From Catajapyx aquilonaris (taxonomy: Eukaryota): a stretch of DNA of 64,000 nt. The translations under genes were made by a program, and so were the position numbers. Position 1 is the first letter of the stretch; every line of letters starts with the position of its first letter. This document shows, in pieces, positions 49,901-62,400 of this stretch. The notes below the pieces were generated by a model, which worked only from the letters and a program-made list of their open reading frames with translations, searched no databases and was not told where the DNA came from. The stretch lies in NCBI GenBank assembly GCA_000934665.2, contig JYFJ02000248.1:62001-126000 (forward strand), written 5' to 3'.

Positions 49901-51196
49901 CTCCTCTGCCTCTCTGTGTGTGTGTGTGCCCCGGCAGCACAGGAGCTATTTTCAACCAGCCAGACAAACCCTGCCAGCAAAAGAGAGAGGAGTCCACTTG
50001 GCAGGGAACCAAACTCCTACTCTGGTCCAGATTCACCCCTGTGCATTTCCAACTACCCAACTGACGAGCTCAAAGGACACCGGTCAAATGACTCTGAAGG
50101 GTTAACGTGGCAGTTAACACACATTGTATGGCTGCTAACACATCCTTGGGTTATTGGTCTGTTGGCACTGAAAACAAAGACCAGAAGAACTGGATGCACA
50201 CTTCCCTTCGTAATGTCATATCATTGTTAGTTATACAGAGTGTCCCTCACGTCTGGAACCATAGGAGTTTCCTATGTAGTAATTGTTATATAATTATGCA
50301 TGGTAACCATATACGACAACAATCCTCCTTGAGGGACACCCTGTATTGTAGTGCATGTTATATTTGTACGTACATTTTTAAAGGGTCGTAAAATCCATTC
50401 TTTGGCTACTCTAGTATGTGACTTGTTGGTCGCAAAAAAAAGCTCAAAGGACAGTAGTAAGAAATAGTGTCTAGGCAATGATCTGGACTTGCAGTAGGCA
50501 AAACACACAAGGCCAAGAAATGGGAGTCTAGACAAAAGACCCTTGACATTCTTGCCTCTTAATTAGCCAGACACATTTATAAACATTGCTGGCATGCTAT
50601 GCGCTCCCACAAGAGTTAACACTGATTAGTGGGTTCATGCAAAACCGGATTTTTTTTTGTGAGGGTCCACATATTCAGATGGCAACCATAAGCATAAGCA
50701 GTCTTTATGTGACAACATTCAAGATGGTGCTTGAATCCGTGCCTATCTGTACTAATTATAATGACGCACTACTACAGGTCAACTATTCTCCATTCACAAC
50801 TTCAAAAAGGTGCTACATCCAGTGGATACTGAAGACAGCCATTAAGAGTAACTGCTAGAAATAATCAGCTTAGTGCCAACAAATAACCATATTAGTCAGA
50901 CAAGCATCTTGGATCAACCTGAAAATAAATACCGGTAATGTCGCTGTTCACTAAGTTTGCTTTCGGTGTTTTCGTATCACTGAAATCCTGCACATTATTA
51001 TTTTCCCTACAAGAATGACACTTTATCTGCTATCTCCTTGTACCCAACAATATCATTGTTCTTAAAATTCAACACCAATCATCTCAATATTATCATGCAA
51101 AGGCAGGTTACAATGAATTGCTTCAAGAAAATGTTTATTTAAACATTACATTTTTATTCATAAATGCAAATGTTAAAAAAAAGTTGAAAAAGTCAT

Positions 51197-51230
51197 TTCT
51201 CGGCATATCAGAGCTAAGATCAAATGTGTA
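51197..51230 (+). pseudogene. Degenerate U2 snRNA 5'-end fragment
   Basis: TTCTCGGC-atatcaga-GCTAAGATCAAA-tGTGTA compared with the U2 5' end (ATCGC)TTCTCGGC-CTT(A/T)TG-GCTAAGATCAA(A)GTGTAG. The rest of U2 is absent. Confidence 0.55.
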
Positions 51231-51842
51231 AACAAAATGTGTGAATAAGTTGAAAAGCTACATTTACATGAAACCAACAGGTTAACTAATATGAGGTACA
51301 TAGATGATCATAAAGGTCCAATACATCATACGCGTATCCACATTCACATTGTCATTCTTACAGCTTCACAGGGACAAATAGTCACTTCGAAACAAATGTC
51401 AAACCAACCCCGCAGCTCAATTTACATACGGTTAAGCCAGTGCCGATTGTCATGCATTGTAAGGTCTTAAACAAGTCAGTACCTGTGCTGGCCAACATCC
51501 ACGTGCAGGTGTGCTTCTAGCTCGAACCACACACAATCACACTGGGTAAATACAAGAGACTTGGGATGCTCATTGCTTGGAGAGCATTGCCGGAATGGGA
51601 GGGATTCAAAAAGTGCCAGTAGTGTCCCACCAATAGTATAATGGCTGCCTGGTTGCCACTTTTGGTCACTTAACCAAACTAAAGATCATAAAGAGAGACA
51701 GCTGATGTAGTTTGAATCATAAGTGAGTTGCCATTAACATTAATGCAACAAAAAAAATCTAATTACTTCCTGGTCATCATCCCCAGAATATCAAGTTTGC
51801 TTTTAGCATACCCAAAGCGAGTACACCCAGATAAACCAGGTG

Positions 51843-53255
51843 TTACTGCAATTTAAGCTTATCTATTTGCTGCACCACGACACAATGAATCCGGTGCACC
51901 TCGTACGGAGCCTTTTTCACGAAAGTCTTTTTACATACACATGTCAGCCGCTCAGTGTGCTCGGATTTGTTGTGCAATGAAAGGGAACGTAAATTCTCAA
52001 AATCCATGTCGCACAAACTGCACCTGGCTGGCTTCTCCTTCTTCTGCTTCAGAGACGAGTTGGGTAGCGTGTCGAGAAACTTGATTGTAGGGCAGGCTCC
52101 TCCCTTGGGTTGATTAGGACGGGGGACTGAGCTCCTTAAAAGGTCCTTGTGGTGATGAGCCTCATGCCTCTGCCGATGTAAATCCCAGGGGAAGCTTTTG
52201 GGACAGTGCCGACACTTGTAGGCATCCTGATGATTTTGCTCCATGTGACACCTCAATTCTCCAGCCTTTACAAACTGAGCCCTGCATATTCGGCAAATGT
52301 TTCCCTGGAGGTAGGATGGCGGTGGAGGTAGAGCTGGTTGAGCAGGCTCAGCCGGCTCAGCTGGCTCAGCAGGTTGAGTCGCGTCTGATGCATCTGCTGC
52401 AGCTAAGGGGTCTTCATCACCAGCGTCAAGGTCTTCACCAGGAACAGAAAAGTAATGCTCATACGCAGGTGGAGCATCATAGTCAAACTCGGCCATGTCG
52501 TCCCCTTCCTCTGCAGTTGGACTTTCTCCAGATGCTCCATCCATGGAAAGTGGAGAATTTTTGGGTTGCCCTCCTGGTTGGTCCTGTCCTTCGACCTGAT
52601 GCTCCTCTTGTGAGTGTACCTCAGGCTTGACTGGATTATTCTTCGGCTCCTCTTGCGAGTGTACCTCAGGCTTGACTGGATTATTCTTCGGCTCCTCTTG
52701 TGAGAGTACCTCAGGTTTGACTGGATTATTCTTCTGCTTCTCTTTTCGTTGTACCTCACATGCCAGTTGATCATGGCTCTCCTGTTGGGGCGCCTCTTCC
52801 AGCTGTGCCGCAGGTTCGGGCTGACCGTTGCTCTCTTCTACGCAGCTTTCTTCAGGCTGTACGTCTGGCTGCCATTCCATGTCATCATCTCCATCCTCTT
52901 CATCCTCCTCATCCTCATCGCTTGAAACAGGCGCATCCCTCCCTATTTCATACAGCCTTCTAGCAAACGCAGGAAACTTAAGCCACATTTTAAGCGACAA
53001 ATCCTCCTCCGTGAACGGCGCAGGCATCTGGCAAAGCTTCTCAAACTCATTATCCGGAATTCCATTCCCTACGGAAGAAGCATTAATGTCGTTAAATGTA
53101 CCAACACAATTGAACTTACAATTAAAGTGAATGTTCTCGTTAACAAGTGTATATTTATTGTTCCTTGATCATGTAATCAATATTCTGTGAGTTTGCTCGA
53201 ATTCCTTACCACTCTTCCCAGCACCAGCCTGCTTTCCTTGGTTGCAGATGTCCAT
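51843..53255 (-). CDS. C2H2 zinc-finger protein with acidic N-terminal region (exons 53255-53210 and 53068-51843, ~423 aa)
   Basis: Fingers CRICRAQF..HMEQNH, CRHCPKSF..HEAHH, CSLCDMDF..HNKSEH and an atypical CVCKKTF..HRIHC. A phase-1 GT-AG intron (G|gtaagg ... cgtag|GG) joins upstream ATG 53255 in frame. Minus-strand AATAAA signals lie near 51135-51160. Confidence 0.78.
52601..52734 (-). repeat. Coding 45-bp tandem repeat x3 (KNNPVKPEV[L/H]SQEE[P/H]) in the zinc-finger gene
   Basis: Three near-identical 45-nt units start at 52601, 52646 and 52691. Confidence 0.93.
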
Positions 53256-53472
53256 CACGACAGCCAAACGACGTAGGTCAGTCTGCAAAGCTACACCGGA
53301 GGTACGGGTACGGCCAAACCAGACAGACAATCGAAGTTTCGAACGACGTTCGAACCAGACCTGGAGACATCAACAATGCAGTGTGAAGCACCATTGAATA
53401 CATCAGATTATTTCTGGTTAGTTCAGCCGCCTGACACTCCAACTGACAAAAGAGCGCTGCTTGACTACATGG

Positions 53473-53487
53473 TGCTGCCATCTGGTG
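53473..53487 (-). promoter_or_regulatory. CTCF-like motif (CACCAGATGGCAGCA) ~220 bp upstream of the zinc-finger ATG
   Basis: Matches the CTCF core consensus by eye and sits in a promoter-proximal position. Confidence 0.4.
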
Positions 53488-56400
53488 TCTAGGGACTGAA
53501 TTAAGAAACATATAATGAAATGCGGTGATGCCAAATTTGTACCAATTTTATTAACTCGTACACGTGGCTCTGACATATTTGGATAATTTTTGCCGAATTT
53601 ACCGGGATTTACATTTATTAAAATGATAAAATATGTCGGTAAATGCTTAAAGTAGTCTTAACGACGATACCATCCTTACACACTTTTGTCAGTACAGTAC
53701 CGTACTGCCGCATTGTTGCCGATTCAGGAAGAACTTCAGATTAAATGTAGATGTACCCAATTATAATTTAGTGGGGAAAAAAATATCACGCCTTGTATTG
53801 TGCAAAAAGCGTCGAGATATCGGATACATTAGAAATCCTTTGGTGTATATCGGAGGCTCTTGATGAGGAGAGAGTCACTCAGAGAGACCGGGGCAGAGAT
53901 ATAGGAACGAAACATGGTGCGAAAATTATGCAACGTCATCTGACAGAAAAGGGAACCCCCCCCCCCCCCCATGCATCCAGAATATTGAACACCACATGAC
54001 ACGACTTCACACACACACATGCGAGTAGTGTAGGCAAGTGCAGGTGATGGAGTACGTGACTTCAATTCTAGACGAGTCTGGTGAATTGCTCATCATGCTC
54101 TATTGAAATTTAAGGCATACAGGGACACCTACACTGCCCAGCTAATTAATGGACAGAAACACTGCTATTGATAAAGTATACATAAAATGAGTGTTAGAAA
54201 CCCGGCCTTGAGGAAATGTGTCAACCTTTTCTTTGCAATGCGTTTATAAAAAGTATCCGCTGATTTTTTTTCATAGCATTGGCCTTTAAGGGGTACTTTA
54301 TTAATAAATCACATCACTGTCCAGTTCATGATGTGAGTAAAAAAACAGAGATGGTGAAAGAACAGTGAAGTCACCTGAGGTCAAATTAGTCATGGAGTAA
54401 AGTGACAGACATTTGGACAGGTCGTTGAGCCATAGCTATTAGCGGTATCTGAGGTCCAATCAATCAAAACAGCATCCTGACAACAGAGGTGAAGATGTCA
54501 ACCTTTAGTTGTTCACTCACATGTCTTCGATTACGTCACTGACTGCAATTGTCACTCATTTCATTTTACATCAACATGTACAGGCTAAGCGCTCCATACT
54601 TATACAGTAGGCTACAATATATTCAAAATCATAGGCTTCGTCAAAATTACACAAAGACACTTGTTCCCACCCCTCAACCTAGATTTCTCTCCCTTTTGTT
54701 TAATTTAGCGGTGCCGAAAAATCGTATCAAGAATGCCCTTCAGAAGCACCCCTCATATCAACCTGTAACGCCAACAATGCAAAGCAAAGCCTCCTGCATT
54801 TCGCACACGTCCATCCAACTGAGTGACAGCCTGGGTGTCAGATCCTCCTGCCTAGTTACCCACATGAATGCCCAGCTTCCTCGTAAGCCAGGCCTCCGTC
54901 AGCCCCCCCCCCCCTTTGTACCCAACAATTACCACATCAAACAACAATGGTCCTTTATGAGAAAAAAAGGGTCTCCGGTTTGCTGCTTCCAAAACCGGTC
55001 GCTCCACTGGGAACTGTCCTAATGACTTATTAAAGGCAGGAAAAAATATGGAGGTAAGTCACTGATGATGGTTCCTTCTTCTTTTTTTGCGTGTGACGGA
55101 CTTTCCCCACGTCAGATGAAAGGCTAAAAATTGCCCAGAGGAAGTGAGGACTACCTGTTTTCTATCAGGTAAGTTAGAAAGTTTGTGGGGCGCACCATCA
55201 ACAGAATCTAAGATCGAAGTTTTGAGAAGAAGAATTAAAAACCATCCGTCCTGCTGCTGCCTTCACTGGGATATAAAAACCGGCAAAATGCTATGCTTTA
55301 AACGGTGAAAGGTAAAGGCTGATTGGTCATCCTTGAAAAACAATTCACCAGATCTGATGACCTGGTATTGTCACTGCTAGATTATTATTTTACAAATGCG
55401 TTACTTTCACACCTGGGCTATATAAGAAGATTGGAAGCAGGAAAAAATAATGCTCAGGAAATGTGGTGTAACCGCCTTCATAAAGAGGAGCAAAAAGAAG
55501 CAGACAATGGCGAATTAGTTCTTCATTCTCTACGGGACTATCTTAAGCGAATATCTCGAGCAAGAAATTGCAGAGCATATCCGCGGAGGATCGTATATTT
55601 AAAAAAAAAAAGCGGAATGTGTCGCAAGCATCCGCCAGCAAATTCCGGTATTATTGGGGGCTCCCTTTCAACAATGTTATTTTGTACACTTGGAGTTGCT
55701 ATTAAAAGAAGTCGATAAATTATAGGGTGATGTAACATCCAAGCCTTTTGTGCAGTGTAATAATATTATTGTATGGTATGAGCAGCATCAGATGGTATTG
55801 TCATATTATCACATCCTGAACGGATATGCGGTTTCAACACCTGTGCATGTATAGACTTTATGACGTTGTTATTCTTCTAATCTGATTGCGTGCATTATAT
55901 GGGAAGAGTAGCCTCATTTAATTATTAAGAGCGATCAAGTAGATGATAATTTTCTGTCTAATTTTTATGGCTGTATTTAAAGGGGTGTTGGTGACTCCTC
56001 ATGTACCAGAACATCCACCGGATATTCGGTTATTAATATTCAATTATTATCCATGCATATTCATTTTTTTGCCTCTGATATTTTTATGCTCTGCTGATGT
56101 GCTTAAACGAAATCGTCTGTCCCTTTTAATAAGTTATGCTTTTCATTTTGCGTGGGCATCAAGAGAAGGTTTGTGACCTCCATGGCGAGAATGGGCAGCG
56201 TTGAAATACTGCCCAGGTCCACGTCAAGATGCATTAACGACAAGCAAATTTATGGTATGGCCCATATAAGCCGACACAAAGCAGCTGGAAGCCCGTGTAT
56301 TGGTCTGGGCTCTACCAGGCATTGTTTGATGCCAAATTAGCCGCATTGTATCAATGTCATGCATTTCCAATGCAAGGCGAAAATAAATCAGAGTCTCGTT

Positions 56401-59400
56401 CTCTATAGAAAATAAAAGAAGCACTTCCGTGTGTGAAGTAAACTTATGTATTAAACTCAGTGCCTGATTACATATGGTGGGCAGCAGTGTGTACACTGTA
56501 AGAGTTGCAAAATAAACTTGTCTGCTCATCAAGAGCATGACATTCCGAGTATAATGCAAGCTCACCTAACGTGACAATGCAATCATAAGCATTCGGAATG
56601 GGCGGACAGTGTTCATTTTGCACGAGATGTGTGTTGACATCTTTTATTTACCCAATCTGTTTACTTCGAATTCAATTTGCTTGGCTAATACGTGCAGACA
56701 GAAATTTTGGGCACGAAAATAAACAATACAATCACTAAGTCCAAACGGGTAGTGCGAAGGAAAAAGGCAAATAAGGAGAAATGTCAACTATGTGCTTAAG
56801 CTACTTAGCACCTTGTTTAAATACAAAGATGTGCAAAACGTGAAACTTTCCAATTACCATAATTGCCTCCAACCTTCAATTATTACATTAAACCTGCGCA
56901 AATATTTGCAAGACAATAGGTGGCACTAACCAATAAACTGCAGGCCCCAGCAGTTATTCCATCAGAACCGCCATTTTACTTATATTATTCCTTAGAAAAA
57001 TGACATAAGCATTACGTCCTCAATTATTATGATCATGAGTCGCATAAAAATTTCTGGAGAGAAATCGTGAGAGATCGCTTTTCTAAACAAGTCTCCAAGT
57101 GAGACTAAGATCTCAGATACATTCTCATCCACTCTTCTCATTGTCCATCCAACACACCTGACGAGTAGAGCCAGTCAGATCCGAAATCAGAGCACTTCAA
57201 CTCCCAGTACATAACCTGCAAAAGTAGAGCATATGCCTTGGTAAAATTAATCTTGCCCCGAACCATTGTTGGGTTCCAACAACAGGAAATGAGCTGTCCG
57301 TCAGTCATTCATTCTCGACCATCGCGTTTTTCGTGGTCCAGGGGCGTTGCCACTGGACATTGAACCTTCAGCAAGAAGACTTCTTCAGGGGAAAGCCTGA
57401 GAGATGAATCCCTCGAACTCTCACCCATTACACTACCGGTTCTCAAACAGACGCACCGTAGTTATATGATTCGGAAGACTGTCTCTCAAAAAGTCTCTCC
57501 ATAAATCCTCATCAGCGATTCCGAAAAAGAAAACCGATGTCTTTTTTTTATGGCATCTTCAAAAATTATTCTGCTCACGTCTTGACTCGCCAGCATGTCA
57601 CTTTTCCTTCTGGTGTGACCTTATGGTATTGGAGAAGAAAGAAAAAAAGGCAGGAAAGCAGCAAGGACGTTTCGTGTGGGAAAGATGGCCCTGTTCTAGT
57701 CTACACGATTCGCATGTTCTACATTTTGTCAACTTCATGCTCTTCTTTTTTTGCAAGGAACTGCCCCAGACTTGATTGTGTGCTCTTTTATGTGTGAAAA
57801 TTTATTGCAAAAAAAGTAACCGATCAGGGAGGGTTTCGAAACTGAAACCGAGCCGAGGTAATGATACATAACATCAGTATTGTGATGGTAGGGGGGGGGG
57901 GGGTCTTCATTTTCCCTCGAGGATTCGAGTGAAGCAATGGGGTGGGGTCATTGTTCACTTTCATTGCCGGGTTGTTTCGACCATTCCCTGCAGGTTAATA
58001 AGTCCGTGGGAAAGAGTCCGGCTCTTTGAACAGCAGATTGTAATACCGCTGATTTCTGACAGTCCGCATTTTTCCGTGTCACGAAGAAAATTTTTGCAGA
58101 TGATATATGGGCGTAAATTGTGCTGCAAACATTGCATTGTTGCGATATTTCGATTGTATTAATTTTAATGAGATTTTATATTCCAGTTTTCAAACTAATA
58201 ATATTTTGTTCGACTAGGCAATTCTCACATTATTGGCACACCAGCTCATGAAATCAATGATATGAGGATTTAACTGGACAGAAAAATTACTGTATTATGT
58301 ATGGTTCTATAGACCAATGACAATAATAGTTCACATATCCTGTTCATGCAAATTTGCCACAATTACTTGGCTCTACAATCACCGCATGCACCTTTTCACA
58401 AAATGGTCACACCAACTTTTGCACGCCTAAAAATAATCGTCACGAAACAAAATATCAGCTACCAGCATGCAATTTGGCGAAAGTCGTGCAAGGAAAAAAG
58501 CGCCAAAAACTGACATCCGTATAACCCTAATATGCCCCAAAAAAAAGTCCGATGCAAAATAACCCCCATAGTTACAAATCGACAAAACTCCGCCAAAAAA
58601 AATGAAGAATCACGACAGTCCCTTCTGGAGAAGATACCCGCCGCCACTTTCTAACAATTAAGCTGCAATGAAGCGGCAAAAGAAAAATACACAAGCAAAA
58701 CCCTGGGGCACGTCCATTTCTCCCCAAAGTCCGAGAGTCTTTGGACCCTCGGAAAAATTGGGTCTTTTCTAAACGGTGTCGTGCCAGTAAATCCGCGAGA
58801 GTCTTTTGGAAGGAATGAGGCGATGCATTTTCCACCACACCCACAATTTTTACCATCGTGTCTTAGGCTACCTCCCAAAAGTGCATGCTCTCCCAAAGGA
58901 AGGCAGGTATATAAAATGGAGAGTATGAAGCCTTTAGGGTTCTCCCAGCTGTTTTGAAAAGTCAGAAAAGACAGAATCGTGAAGGACCTAGTTTAAATCC
59001 TCTGGCTTCCCTCGACCTAATAAGCTGTTCTCACCTTTCATTTCAGTCTGGTAAAAATCTTCCGGGCGAATTCGGCTTCCTAGATTTTCTGGTCTTGTAC
59101 GTACATTATGTTTTTTAGGTGCTGACCATCTGGCTCATCATTGATGAGACACTTTCTTTTTTTTAATTAAACTAGAACTCAGCCGGTTTGCGATTACGTT
59201 ACAGAAGTGCAATAAGGTACACCTTTAGGCGGTTTTTCCATATGGCAAAAAAAGGGTGGAGCATCTTCTAATGATCAATGATCCGTCATGAAGAAGAGTA
59301 CACACACACTTTCACTCCTTTACCTTGTGATGTCTTCCGGTGGGTCAGTGTTGACCACCTGCGGATTTCAATAATCTTACTTTAGAAGACCTAGATTCTG

Positions 59401-62400
59401 TTGGGCGGATTCTATATTGGGAGGATTTATTTAGGGCAATCCGTGCTGCACGAGTTTATCGCCGAGTTTTAATCGGGTATTTAGTTGTTTAGCACCCCAC
59501 GAAAAAATGAGGACGCTCTAGTAGCTGGCCAGTAGTTCAGACAAATTGAAGGCGTCATTCCAGGAAAGATGTGCAACGTGACATGTATGGTGTTTTATGA
59601 GAACAAAAAAAAGGTGGTAGAAAGTAAAAAAGAGCGAGGACGGCATGTTTCTGAATTATTGTTCTGGATGTGGATGATTGGAGGAAAAGACATATTGCAT
59701 GGTCGAGAGAGATTTCTGCAATAAACTAGTGTCATCAATTGGTGTGAGCGGTGGCCTAAAAAGTATAATATTGCTCGCAGAACTTTCAGTAATCACGTAA
59801 CCCAATACCAGTGCGTTGTACTCAGTATTGCAATTACGCAAATTAAGTGAAAATCTCCGAATTATTATGTACATGTGTTCATATAATACATGATTTTCTC
59901 TTAACTATTACCTTTCCGCCGGAAACATCATGCTTACGTTCCACAAGCAAGGCAATAAATTTTCGTGCCCATCCTTAAAAAGTTGGTGTCACAGACACGA
60001 TTCCAAATGTCACACTTTCTCACAAAGTCCACGCAAAAGTACTATCAGCGCGCATAAACACAATAGGTGGTGATTAATGACAGGACACCATTCCGGTAGA
60101 CCTACATTATTAAATTGCACAAGGTGCAAGCCATTGTATAACATATTTTTTAAAAAATTCCCCTTGCAACAAGTAACACATCAGCTGTAATAATAAGGTG
60201 GAAAGTTTGTCAGAATATTGGTGTTTTCGCCTCCCTCCTCCCCCGTATTTATTATTATTGCTGGCAATGTACTGTAAGGCACATGCAAGTATGCGGAAAC
60301 ATGGATGCGAAATAATCCCTCAGCAGTCACAAACTTTCCCAGACTTCACCTACTTCCTCCTCGTCCCTGAGTGTCAAGAGAGCACCGACTGGAGGAGACA
60401 TCATCGGAACAGGTATCACAACTTTCCTACTGAGGCACTGACATAATTATTGAAATATTATATGTTCTGGAGGGGGGAGAGTCATCACCTTCCAACAAAG
60501 GTGCAGCCGGCATAAATGCTCATCTGCATATGGATAGGGGACGTTTTCTGACCGAAATTCCCAATCCAGAACGCGGAAGAAAAGACCATACTTTTTTTTG
60601 TGACCCAGTGGTATCATGGGGGTCAATCGGATGGATTTTCGATGGTTACGACTTGTAATGATAACGTGTGGCACTGGGGATAACGAGGCAGTAAAATTTA
60701 TGTTCACAACAAATTGGCCTTTTATGTCTACTTTTGTGTAACGTCTAAAACACTGTGAAAAGGGCGACATCCTGATTCCATCTGTTGTTGTTAATAATTA
60801 TTATGAATCATCCAGAATTGTTTCACCACTTTTTTCATATAAAAAAAACATGGCAATTACTGGCCTATATAGTTTTTTTCGATTTTGCTCCTTTCGCACA
60901 CGTATAATTATGCGAGCCAATAAATGGATCAGTAACTGATATAATTACTGGGCACGTTTTAAAATAAACCATGTCATTTTTTGATGTTCAAAATGTAATT
61001 TTATTGCAACTAATAGCACAGGGGGATTATGTTTGAAAAATAAGTTTCAGAAGACCTACAATACAACATGGCAAAAAAAAAACATTTCATTTACTATACA
61101 GTTGACATTTTAGCACATGCTCACAATGACATAGATTGCGTTAATTAAACAAGGCAGCTTTAGCTCAATTCCATTTGTCTCTCGCCTCAAACCTTCAAGC
61201 AGCAAAGAATTAATCCCAGATTAATTCCTCCGCTTAATAGGATGAAACCAACCTTGTGCTGCTTTACGCATAGGTAGTACATCACACTGTATATAAACTG
61301 ATTAGCCCCAGCTATTTCACCACCGACTCGTTACAGAAGGAGAGAAAAATTGCCAATGAGTCTTTAAGGCACACGTTTAGCAATATGTTAGGCTCACGGA
61401 AGACATTACACTGAAAGCAATCTCTTTGAGTTTACTCAGCCAGCCGTGATCGATATGGATTAAATGAATGGTCTTCGTGTGAAAGGGATCCAGAAAAGGT
61501 GTGCACACCGTGAAATCGCTTATTTTGCTCATTAGCACATGTTCTTCCTCTCTTGGCACTGCGCATTCCAAACAATTCCTAATAAAAGGTTCCCAACGAT
61601 TAATTTACATTATTTCAAGAAATGTAATTAGAGCTTGTGTTGTGCTTTATTATCCATATACGAACACAATGTCACGCGAGTACCTTTTGCATGTTAACAA
61701 AAGTGACTATAAATTACGTTTGTTTCGTGATGAAAGTACCTTCAGGCAGCGATTCGTTTAGAAAAGAGATGCCATTTGTATACGTAAATATTAGCGTGGT
61801 ATTATGTACTTTAATGATAACCCTGTCTTTTGAAGATGATCGACGCACAACTTTCGCTGGAATCCACAGCATGTCAATTCTTCAGAGTTAACCCCAAAAC
61901 TTTCGCTAAACCAACATGCATATTTTTTTTCATTTTATAAAACTTCAGTTATAATGACGACGATAACAACATCAGAACTCGACAGAAAATATATACAGCC
62001 AATACCGGTACCTCACGTAAGGAAAATTAGGCCGTGCTGTGGTTTTGACCCGGGCTTGACGTCATTGACCCTGCATATATAACGCCGTCTTGATTACATC
62101 ACGCACCAGCGTGAAATGAGCTTAATTTTACGTCTTGTGCATATATTACACTCTCGCCACAAAAGCAGTTACAATTACGTTTAAAAATTTGTGAAAATTC
62201 ATTTTTTGCCACGTATGTCGTCATTTTACAACTTTATTGCAGCCAATTTCTCCAAATATACTGTCCGATTATTGCAGTCAGTCTAACCCAGTTCAGCGGA
62301 CTGGAGTTCATTAAAACATCACAATGGTTCCAACCATCAGCTGACAGTTTCCTCTAAGATGAATGGTAAGAAATCGATTAATCACCGTTGGATGTTCAAT

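Noticed and set aside
49595..50230. 211-aa + strand ORF
   Set aside because: It has a GTG start, runs through a (TG)n tract and has no recognisable motif. More likely regulatory or UTR sequence.
52601..52734. CRISPR-like array
   Set aside because: The units are contiguous in-frame coding repeats with no unique spacers, in a eukaryotic context.
54549..55738. 157-aa and 131-aa ORFs in the distal region
   Set aside because: Non-ATG starts, homopolymer-derived residues, and no domain or exon chain that I can support.
53956..57903. Poly-C/poly-G runs near 53960, 54905 and 57895
   Set aside because: Isolated homopolymers with no associated structure; their lengths are also error-prone.
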